DNA of 12,549 bases from Candidatus Micrarchaeota archaeon (GTDB lineage Archaea; Micrarchaeota; Micrarchaeia; Norongarragalinales; SBBD01), in contig JBDRLB010000051.1 in the NCBI GenBank assembly GCA_043813365.1, positions 1 through 12,549 of the forward strand, given 5' to 3'. The position numbers and the translations under genes are program-made. Positions within the stretch are counted from its first letter, which is position 1. Every line of letters begins with the position of its first letter. The notes beneath the pieces are model-generated. The model saw only the letters and a program-made list of their open reading frames with translations, did no database searches and had not been told where the DNA came from. Shown here piece after piece: positions 1-7,411 of this stretch.

Positions 1-389
1 TACATCCGGATCTTGCCCTGCTCTATCCCATCGTGCAGGTAACTTATCAAAACCTCATTGAAATTCGCCTTAAGGCGGAGGGCCGCTATCATCGCGGTCC
101 GGTCCGTATGCTTTGCGTACATCTCCCGGTTGAGCCTCTCCTGCCCCCGGTGGATTTCGTACATGTATTCCCTTGCATCAACCAACTTCCGGGCTTCATC
201 CAGGGTGATGCCGTGGTTTTTTGAGAGATGGAAAATTGTTTTTTCAAAAAATCTTTTTGCAGGCGTGGCTGGTTTCTTTTCTAAATCCGGGAAATATTTC
301 CGGTTGAACGCCCGCGCGTCGCTGATCTTCTCAAAAACAACGCGCCTTTCCGGATGCAATTTTACCTTGTCCCATTTTTCTTCGGGCAT
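1..389 (-). CDS. RelA/SpoT-family HD-domain protein (small alarmone hydrolase/Mesh1-like), 3' end runs off the window
   Basis: Hand translation from ATG at 389 is open to the window edge: MPEEKWDKVKLHPERRVVFEK...AREYMYEIHRGQERLNREMYAKHTDRTAMIAALRLKANFNEVLISYLHDGIEQGKIRM. HxxQxR-x5-YxxH and LHDxxE match the RSH hydrolase pattern (H..Q.R....PY..H / LHDvvED). Not in the ORF track because its stop is outside the window. Confidence 0.7.
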   Translation of the reverse strand, partial: MPEEKWDKVKLHPERRVVFEKISDARAFNRKYFPDLEKKPATPAKRFFEKTIFHLSKNHGITLDEARKLVDAREYMYEIHRGQERLNREMYAKHTDRTAMIAALRLKANFNEVLISYLHDGIEQGKIRM

Positions 390-546
390 ATAATATCATT
401 CTATTTTTGCCTGCTGAAGTTTTTAAGCAAATTGCAGTATATAAGCAGCAGATTTCGCAGGCCAGCCGGCGGCTTCTGCCTCAGTTTCCATGAATTATAT
501 ATCGGATGCAACGTATAAAAGAATAGTTATTGGAAGCAGTACCAAT

Positions 547-560
547 GGAAGATTTAAAAT
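547..560 (+). promoter_or_regulatory. Putative BRE-TATA promoter of the aminotransferase gene
   Basis: Purine-rich GGAAGA directly followed by TTTAAAAT, upstream of the ATGs at 595 and 616. Confidence 0.45.
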
Positions 561-615
561 GTAGTGCGCATAAATAGTGCCATTCTGATTCAACATGGAA
601 AAATGGCGATCGGAT

Positions 616-1785
616 ATGCAGATAGCAGAACGGATGAAATTGCTCGGGACCGAAACCGCGTTCGAAGTGCTTGCGAAGGCGAAAGCGCTCGAGGCGCAGG
701 GGAAGAGCATAGTGCATTTGGAGATCGGGGAACCGGATTTTGACACCCCGATGAATGTCAAGCAGGCAGGGATCAAAGCGATCAGTGACAATAAGACGCA
801 TTACGGCCCCTCCTCGGGTTTGCCCGATGTCAGGAAAGTGATAGCGGATTATTCCGGCAGAATCAGGGGGATGCAATTTTCCCCGGATGAGGTCGTCGTC
901 ACTCCCGGCGGGAAGCCGATAATGTTCTTTGTGATAATGGCAGTGATGAATCCCGGCGACGAAGTGATATACCCGAACCCCGGGTTCCCGATTTACGAGA
1001 GCATGATCAGGTTCATGGGCGGAAAGCCTGTGCCGCTGCAATTGAAGGAGGAGAACGGTTTCGCATTTTCAGCTGAAGACGTTGAAAATCTTGTGACCCC
1101 CAAAACCAAAATGATCATCATCAACACCCCCAGCAACCCAACAGGCGGCATTCTAGAAAGGAAAGATCTCGAAGGGATCGCAGAAATCTCGGAAAAACAC
1201 GACCTATGGGTGCTTAGCGACGAAATTTACTCGCAGATACTGTATGGCAAGGAGCATTTCAGCATCGCATCCCTTCCGGGAATGAAGGAGAGGACGATAA
1301 TTCTCGACGGGTTCAGCAAAACTTATGCAATGACGGGCTGGAGGCTGGGGTATGGCATCATGAACAAAACAATTGCCCCGCACATAACCCGGCTGATGAC
1401 CAACTCGAATTCGTGCACTGCCACTTTCACGCAGATCGCAGGCGCAGAGGCGCTAACCGGCCCCCAGGATTCAGTTGTAAAAATGGTGGCTGAATTCAGG
1501 AGGAGGCGGGATCTCTTCGTCGATGGGCTTAATAAAATACCAGGCATCAGCTGCATAGTCCCGCAAGGCGCATTCTACGTTTTCCCCAACATCAGGAAAC
1601 TTGGAAAAACCTCCCAGCAAATGTCCGATTTCCTCTTGAACGAAGCGGGGGTAGCATGCCTGCCCGGCACATCTTTCGGCGAGTTCGGGGAAGGATACCT
1701 TAGGTTCTCGTATGCGAATTCGCAGGAGAACATCAAGGAAGCTCTCAGGCGGATAGAAACGGCCGTGAAAAAGATGCAGCAATAA
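616..1785 (+). CDS. Class I PLP-dependent aminotransferase (aspartate aminotransferase-like)
   Basis: Motifs LEIGEPDFDTP, INTPSNPTG, SDEIY, PLP-lysine motif DGFSKTYAMTGWRLG, PQGAFYVFPN and GEGYLRFSYA. Start at 616 (MQIAERM) preferred; 595 is an in-frame alternative. Confidence 0.95.
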   Translation: MQIAERMKLLGTETAFEVLAKAKALEAQGKSIVHLEIGEPDFDTPMNVKQAGIKAISDNKTHYGPSSGLPDVRKVIADYSGRIRGMQFSPDEVVVTPGGKPIMFFVIMAVMNPGDEVIYPNPGFPIYESMIRFMGGKPVPLQLKEENGFAFSAEDVENLVTPKTKMIIINTPSNPTGGILERKDLEGIAEISEKHDLWVLSDEIYSQILYGKEHFSIASLPGMKERTIILDGFSKTYAMTGWRLGYGIMNKTIAPHITRLMTNSNSCTATFTQIAGAEALTGPQDSVVKMVAEFRRRRDLFVDGLNKIPGISCIVPQGAFYVFPNIRKLGKTSQQMSDFLLNEAGVACLPGTSFGEFGEGYLRFSYANSQENIKEALRRIETAVKKMQQ

Positions 1786-1786
1786 G

Positions 1787-1802
1787 GAAAGGATATTTAT
1801 AC
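1787..1802 (+). promoter_or_regulatory. Putative BRE-TATA promoter
   Basis: GAAAGGATA followed by TTTATA (1796-1801), about 30 nt before ATG 1832; typical spacing for a short-leader archaeal transcript. Confidence 0.55.
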
Positions 1803-1831
1803 TGCCGGCTATTAACCCATAATTGAGCACT

Positions 1832-2596
1832 ATGCCAATAATCTCGAGCATCGCAGCCGCATTCAGGGCTTTTGGGAGGAAAACAAAGGGAACCACGAAG
1901 GAAACCTATCTGTTCGATAGGAAGAAGGGGGCGGTAGAGCTCCGCATTGATCCCCGGCTGAACATCAAGCTGGAGATGTTCAAGCGCTTCACGCAGAAAC
2001 GTACCTGGGGAGTTGAGCTCACGATCCGCAACAAAGGCGATGCAACACTCGACGAGCTGCTGATAATATTCAACAAGAAATTTTCCATAATTTTCGACAG
2101 GATAAAGCCGGATGCCATGAAAATCAAGTCGCTGGAATTCAAGCATGAGGAATTCGATTCCGACGAATTCATGGTTGATTTGTCGCTCGTTGAAACGAGG
2201 AACAGGCAGCCCTATTCCGAGGCGTACTCGCTGACACTGCCCATGAGCACTATTCTGAGGGAATTGAAGGAGCTTGGGAAAATAATCCCGATCCAGGAAG
2301 AGGAGGAAACGTTCAAGCCCGGCACCATGGACAAATCAATTGTGGATGAGTTCGTGGCGGAGTCAATGAAGCAGGCAAGCATCAAGCCCCGGGTTGTGGT
2401 CCAGGAGGCGGGGAAAGCCGCGAATACAAAAGACCAGCTTATGAAGAGGCTTGGAGAACTTGAAAATCAGAAAACCGAGATAACGAAATCCTTCATGAAG
2501 AGGGAAATCGATTACGGCACCCTCTCGCAGCTGATGAACCCCATTGTGCAGGAAATCATCCTGACAAAGGCGCAGATTAGCAAGCTGGAGAATTGA
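1832..2596 (+). CDS. Hypothetical soluble protein; beta-rich N-terminal domain and C-terminal helical hairpin/coiled coil
   Basis: Long ORF filling the gap between neighbours, with its own TATA box. ATG 1832 preferred over TTG 1823. No clear family recognised. Confidence 0.8.
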   Translation: MPIISSIAAAFRAFGRKTKGTTKETYLFDRKKGAVELRIDPRLNIKLEMFKRFTQKRTWGVELTIRNKGDATLDELLIIFNKKFSIIFDRIKPDAMKIKSLEFKHEEFDSDEFMVDLSLVETRNRQPYSEAYSLTLPMSTILRELKELGKIIPIQEEEETFKPGTMDKSIVDEFVAESMKQASIKPRVVVQEAGKAANTKDQLMKRLGELENQKTEITKSFMKREIDYGTLSQLMNPIVQEIILTKAQISKLEN

Positions 2597-2612
2597 ATCA
2601 CATCCCCAATAA

Positions 2613-3092
2613 TCAAGGGGAGAGGAATTCCCTTTTTTCAATTTTGGGCAATTTGCCATTCAATCCCAATATCCTTTCCCGTAGGGCTTTGCCGTCTTCA
2701 ACGTCCCTTGAAATTCTAAATATAGCCTGGCGGAAATTCCTTCCAAGAACACGCACAAATAGATCTCCACGGTGGTCCTGGCAATAATGGATAAAGTCAG
2801 TATTCCGAACCCGCAATGTCATGCGGAGTATATTCGACAACTCAGCCAATTGCTTTCGCCTGCTTGCTTTTTCCGTTCTATCGAGGTCGCTTTCCGCAAT
2901 CCTTTCTTTTAGGTGGAGATGGAAAGGGAAAAGGGGGCTCTTGCCCGCATAGCTGTAATCTTCATGCAAATCTACTTCCCTCAAATAATCTGCCGGGCTG
3001 GGGAAGCCGGATCTTATTTCTACCCGGCGCTTCCTTTCAATTGCGTTTCCGGGGAATTTTTGCTTTCCTCGACGTTCATTTTTGGGTTGCAT
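2613..3092 (-). CDS. Hypothetical basic protein
   Basis: ORF downstream of pepA on the same strand. An AGGTGA Shine-Dalgarno lies 8 nt before ATG 3092 (MQPKNERR), so the ORF-track GTG at 3104 is probably part of the SD. Confidence 0.65.
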   Translation of the reverse strand: MQPKNERRGKQKFPGNAIERKRRVEIRSGFPSPADYLREVDLHEDYSYAGKSPLFPFHLHLKERIAESDLDRTEKASRRKQLAELSNILRMTLRVRNTDFIHYCQDHRGDLFVRVLGRNFRQAIFRISRDVEDGKALRERILGLNGKLPKIEKREFLSP

Positions 3093-3141
3093 TAGATGGC
3101 TCACCTAAATAGAAAGTGCAGGGCAAAATTATTATATTCAG

Positions 3142-4630
3142 TCATTTCCACTCCCTTAGCATCTCTATTATTAGCCGGACGCCGAAGCCGGTCGCGCCTT
3201 TTATCCCGTAGGGCTTCTCATTATCATTCCATGCGGTGCCTGCGATGTCCACGTGCGCCCAGGGGTAATTCACGAATTTTTTCAGGAATGCAGCTGCAGT
3301 GATTGCGCCCGCATCCCCGGAACCCATGCCGATGTTCTTCACATCCGCAATGTCGCTCTTGATTTTGTCATCATACTCCTTCCATAACGGAAGCTGCCAA
3401 ACCCTTTCGCCCGTCTTTTCACCGGCTTTGCGGAGCTTCTCCATGAGCTTTTCGTCATTTCCCATTACGCCCGCACAGACATCGCCCAATGCAACAACGC
3501 ACGCGCCCGTAAGTGTCGCGAAATCAATGACGGCTTTGGGCTTGTATTTCGCAGCGTATGCAAGTGCATCAGCAAGTACCAGCCTTCCCTCTGCATCAGT
3601 ATTGGCGATTTCTATGGATTTCCCATTTGATGCGTAAACAACATCGCCCGGCTTTGATGCGGAACCCGACGGAAGGTTTTCAGTGAGGGGCGCAAGTGCA
3701 ACAATATGCTGCGGGAGTTTCAATTGCGCAGCTGCGGCCATTGCGCCTATCACCGTGCACGCGCCGCTCTTGTCCCACTTCATCTTTTCCATATCCTTTG
3801 AGGGCTTCAATGAAATCCCTCCTGAATCAAATGTGATCCCCTTCCCAACCAGCACCACTGTTTCCCTGCCACGGGGATTCCATTCCATAATGACGAACTT
3901 GGGCTCCTGCACAGATCCCTTTGCAACTGAGAGGAACGAGTGCATTTTGAGCGCCTCGATATCCGCACGGTTAAGCACCTTGCACTTGAAGCCGTATTTC
4001 TTCCCTGCCTCCTCCGCCATTTTTGCGATGAATGCAGGCGTCCCGACGTTCCCCGGCTCGTTGTCAAGGTCGCGCGATAGGTTCGCAGCCTCGCAAATCC
4101 TCTGGGTTGCCTCGACGGTTTTTTTTATGTTCGGCAGCTTGTTCACATCGGAAAAAAATAATCGCTTCCGAAATTTCCTTCATTTCCATCGGATCCTCCG
4201 TCTTGTATTTCGTATGCTGGTACAGCCCCAGCACCATCCCTTCAACAAGCGCGGAAGCGGAATCCTCCGGGATGGCGGGCGCATCAAGCGGATGCTGCAC
4301 GGCATAGTTTTTTATCCCCAAATTGCGGATGTGGACGCTGCCCTTTGCAGCAGCCCCCCTGATTTTTTCAAGTGAAAACTCGCTTCTTGATCCCATTCCC
4401 GAAAGGACGACGCGCTTGATGGAAACCTTTTCCAAATTGACATTAAGCAGGTAAGTTTGAAGGTATTTGCCTGAAAATTCCTTGCTCCTGAATACGCCAG
4501 CAATCTGGCCCTTAATCTTGTCATCCACGTGCTTGGCAAATCCGTTGAGTGATTCATCCTTGAAAAGCATCAGCAGTATCGCATCCTTGCCCGAATCCTC
4601 GATCCTTCCTCCCTGCACCGTAAGTTTCAT
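3142..4630 (-). pseudogene. pepA: M17 leucyl aminopeptidase, frameshifted in this sequence (N-terminal ORF 4064..4630, catalytic ORF 3142..4146); may be an intact gene with a sequencing indel
   Basis: C-terminal ORF carries VGKGITFDSGG, MKWDKSGA, NTDAEGRLVLADAL, DFATLTGA and WAHVDIAG. Upstream ORF has M17 N-domain features (EFSGK, LEKIRGAAA, LVEGMVLGLYQHTKYKT) and an AGGTGG SD. Removing one base in the overlap joins them into about 495 aa. Confidence 0.9.
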
Positions 4631-4711
4631 GCAGCACCACCTATGTAACCATCAATCAGTTGCTACTTAATTATTCCCCCTCGTGAAAAAGCGAAAGGGT
4701 TAGGCGAGGCC

Positions 4712-4726
4712 GGTATTTAAATCTTC
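4712..4726. promoter_or_regulatory. Candidate TATA box between divergent pepA and uL15, possibly bidirectional
   Basis: Palindromic TTTAAA at 4716-4721. It reads GGTATTTAAA on + (same as 9682-9691) and GAAGATTTAAA on - (same as 548-558). Confidence 0.4.
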
Positions 4727-4841
4727 GGAATAAAGACGGGCACGACTGATTGCCTTTTTAAGGTTTTAGTTAGTAAATTTTACCTCGCTGATTGTATTCA
4801 GACAAGAGCATTAGTGTGCATTGTAAAACAGGTCGACTAAT

Positions 4842-5288
4842 ATGGCAAGGAGAATCAAATCGAAGAGCAGGAAAAATTACGGCAACAGGACATTCGGTGC
4901 CGGAAATACGAAGAACCGGAGGGGAAAGGGCAGCCGCGGCGGAGTAGGCAGGGGAGGCTTCCATAAGCATAACCGCATGAAATACCTTGTTGAGGAGGGC
5001 CCTTCAACAACCGCACCGGGTTTCGTGAATGTCAGCAGAAAGAAAATCATCGAGGTTCCGTTGAACCAGCTTCAGAGGCAGATAGAGAAAAACGTTGCGA
5101 AAAAGGAGGGGGACGGCTATGCATTCGATTTAAGGCGGAAGGGAAAGCTCGTGAAGCTGCTCGGTAACGGAGAGTTTAAATACAAGGCGAACATAACGGT
5201 TGATTTATTCTCCGGGTCTGCAAAGGCGAAAGTGGAAAGCGCCGGCGGAAAGATCATTTCAGGGGGGGAAAATTCTCCGGGAAAGTAG
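4842..5288 (+). CDS. rpl15p: 50S ribosomal protein uL15
   Basis: Archaeal uL15 N-terminus KSRKNYGNRTFGAGNTKNRRGKGSRGGVGRGGFHKH and C-terminal KLLGNG...FSGSAKAKVESAGG; directly upstream of secY. Confidence 0.96.
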   Translation: MARRIKSKSRKNYGNRTFGAGNTKNRRGKGSRGGVGRGGFHKHNRMKYLVEEGPSTTAPGFVNVSRKKIIEVPLNQLQRQIEKNVAKKEGDGYAFDLRRKGKLVKLLGNGEFKYKANITVDLFSGSAKAKVESAGGKIISGGENSPGK

Positions 5289-5336
5289 GATTCCCAAATT
5301 CAAGCACTGATCAACGCTTAGTCGGGTAATGAATTG

Positions 5337-6827
5337 ATGGTACTGGATGCGCTTAAGCCGATATTGGATAACCTTCCCGAAGTGAAATCACCCGCAAGGG
5401 CGCCCGGATTGAAGGACAAGCTTCTTTGGACCGGAGGCGTGCTGCTGATTTTCTTCCTGATGGGGCAGGTTTACCCGGTTGGAGTGGAACAGGGGGTAAT
5501 CCAGGGGTTTGAAAGGTTCGAAATACTCCTCGGAAGCCGGACAGGCACGCTTATTACAACCGGAATCGGGCCGATTGTGCTCGCATCAATTTTCCTCCAG
5601 CTCGCAGTGGGAGCGAAATTATTGAACCTCGATTTGTCCAACCCCGAAAACAAGAAAAAATTCCAGGGGCTGCAGAAGCTGCTGGCAATCTTCCTAGCAT
5701 TGGTTGAAGGATTCATTTATGCAAGATCAATTGTGTTACCGATAGACGGGTCCACGGCTGCGCTGTTTGCTGCAAACGCCATGTTCGGGCTGATCACGCC
5801 CGGCGGGCTCATGGTAATGCTGCAGCTTGCACTTGGCTCCATATTCCTGCTCTACATGGATGAGGTCTGCCAGAAATACGGCATCGGCTCCGGAGTATCA
5901 CTTTTCATTGCGGCAGGGGTTGCGCAGGCGATTTTCGTTGGGAGCTTCGGCACATTGGGCCTTGATGTTTTGAACGGAAAAACAACTGAGCCTTCGGGGA
6001 TCATCCCTTCAATGCTGTTCAACATTTTCCGCGGCGACGTTTCGAAGGCATTCTGGACGATGTTCCCGCTTGTGTTCACAATAATCGTTTTCCTCGGAAC
6101 GGTATATGCCGAAGGCATGAAAATAGAGCTTCCGCTCGCATACGGGGGCGCAAGGGGGCTTGGCGCGCGTTACCCCATAAAATTCCTTTACGTCAGCAAC
6201 ATCCCAGTCATCCTAGCATCTGCATTATTGCTTAACGTGCAGGTCATTGGCCTTTTTATGGCGCAGGCGGGAGTTCCGCTGCTCGGCCAATTTGACATGT
6301 CCCAAACAATCAACGGGACTTTGATCCAAGGAAGCAACAGGCCGCTTCCGTTCGATCAGGGTGGCGGGTTTGCGGCATTGACAACGGCATTGCCCTCGCC
6401 TCTATTCCAAGGATATGAAGCATACATACAATCATACCTCCTTAATCCGGGGGAGCTTTTCCATATTCTGGTTTACGGCATAGTGCTCATAGTGCTTTGC
6501 GTCGTATTCGGATGGTTCTGGATAGAAAGCACGGGCATGGGTCCGGCCAACGTCGCTGCACAGCTGAATAAATCCGGCATGCAGATTCCGGGCTTCAGAC
6601 AAGACCCGAGGATCACTGAAAAGATATTGAACAAATACATACCGGTGATTACCATTTTGGGGAGCATTTTCGTAGGCTTCCTTGCATGGTTCGCGGATAT
6701 AACCGGCGCACTGGGAACAGGAACAGGGATATTGCTGACCGTAGGTATCCTTTACCGGTTCTATGAGGACCTTGCACAGCAGCAGATTTTCGAGATGTAC
6801 CCCGTGCTGAAGAGGCTATCAAGGTAG
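5337..6827 (+). CDS. secY: Preprotein translocase subunit SecY (Sec61-alpha homologue)
   Basis: About ten hydrophobic segments with motifs LPEVKSP, GIGPIVLASIFLQL, KYGIGSGVSLFIAAGV, YPIKFLYVSNIPVIL, GMQIPGFR and GTGTGILLTVGILY. Confidence 0.98.
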   Translation: MVLDALKPILDNLPEVKSPARAPGLKDKLLWTGGVLLIFFLMGQVYPVGVEQGVIQGFERFEILLGSRTGTLITTGIGPIVLASIFLQLAVGAKLLNLDLSNPENKKKFQGLQKLLAIFLALVEGFIYARSIVLPIDGSTAALFAANAMFGLITPGGLMVMLQLALGSIFLLYMDEVCQKYGIGSGVSLFIAAGVAQAIFVGSFGTLGLDVLNGKTTEPSGIIPSMLFNIFRGDVSKAFWTMFPLVFTIIVFLGTVYAEGMKIELPLAYGGARGLGARYPIKFLYVSNIPVILASALLLNVQVIGLFMAQAGVPLLGQFDMSQTINGTLIQGSNRPLPFDQGGGFAALTTALPSPLFQGYEAYIQSYLLNPGELFHILVYGIVLIVLCVVFGWFWIESTGMGPANVAAQLNKSGMQIPGFRQDPRITEKILNKYIPVITILGSIFVGFLAWFADITGALGTGTGILLTVGILYRFYEDLAQQQIFEMYPVLKRLSR

Positions 6828-6843
6828 AAAAGTGATCAATAAT

Positions 6844-7332
6844 ATGGAAATTTTCGGGTTGCCGGATTGGGTGGCAATTTTCATAAGCGCCATCCTGTTC
6901 TCCATTACGACGTCATTCATCAGCCGGAAGACCGGCGTGAAGCAGAAGACAGAGCACATACAGAAGACGATGAAGGAATACCAGAAAGAGATGAACGATG
7001 CGGTCAAAAAGAACGACCAGCATAAAATCGACGAGCTCAAAAAACGCGAGGCAGAAGTCATGGGCATGATGTCCGAAATGATGTGGCTTCCTTTCAAGAA
7101 CATGATTTTCATTATTCCGATGTTCATAGGCGTGATGTGGGTGCTGCAGGAGATGTTCCCGAATTTCCTGATCACGCTCCCAATTGCGCTCCACCTCAAC
7201 GGGGAAGAGCTGTTGGGTTTAAATATTTTCAAATCAAGCGTCTACGGCTCCCGGGGCTTTTTCATCATTTCATCCATAGTAACTGGAATGGCGATCGAGG
7301 GAATCATTGGAAAATTAAAAAAAAAGGGTTGA
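6844..7332 (+). CDS. DUF106 / EMC3-TMCO1 (Oxa1-superfamily) membrane protein
   Basis: One N-terminal TM helix, a charged coiled coil (QKTMKEYQKEMNDAVKKND...ELKKREAEVM), then FKNMIFIIPMF and further TMs; conserved position between secY and eL34. GTG 6832 is an alternative start. Confidence 0.9.
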   Translation: MEIFGLPDWVAIFISAILFSITTSFISRKTGVKQKTEHIQKTMKEYQKEMNDAVKKNDQHKIDELKKREAEVMGMMSEMMWLPFKNMIFIIPMFIGVMWVLQEMFPNFLITLPIALHLNGEELLGLNIFKSSVYGSRGFFIISSIVTGMAIEGIIGKLKKKG

Positions 7333-7393
7333 TGGAACGGATGAGGAGGCATGGAAGGCATCGCTTTCCATAAGGTCATTCCTCGGATTTCCA
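7333..7393 (+). other. Predicted long intergenic RNA hairpin with tandem G.A pairs (K-turn-like)
   Basis: Nested complementarity read by eye: TGGAA/TTCCA, GA/GA, TGAGGA/TCCTCG and ATGGAAGGC/GCTTTCCAT. Confidence 0.5.
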
Positions 7394-7411
7394 AAATAAG
7401 GTGTACGCAAT

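Noticed and set aside
33..393. Plus-strand ORFs 33..224 and 58..393
   Set aside because: Antisense shadows of the minus-strand HD-domain gene; no recognisable motifs.
481..2659. Minus-strand ORFs opposite the aminotransferase and the 1832..2596 gene
   Set aside because: Fully or largely overlap better-supported genes; composition typical of shadow ORFs.
4146..4170. Independent start of a stand-alone catalytic PepA at GTG 4146
   Set aside because: No SD, unlike neighbouring genes, and a one-base change fuses the two ORFs into a normal-length M17 enzyme.
3096..4670. Plus-strand ORFs including the 230-aa 3683..4375
   Set aside because: Antisense to pepA; explained by codon symmetry.
5297..5335. 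Weak hairpin between uL15 and secY (AATTCA/TGAATT, ACTGA/TTAGT)
   Set aside because: Short AU-rich stems with large loops; expected by chance.
7333..7400. Assignment of the hairpin as a canonical C/D or H/ACA guide RNA, tRNA or SECIS element
   Set aside because: No canonical CUGA or D'/C' boxes, the GA pairs are basal rather than apical, no ACA tail, no cloverleaf, and no in-frame UGA selenoprotein nearby.
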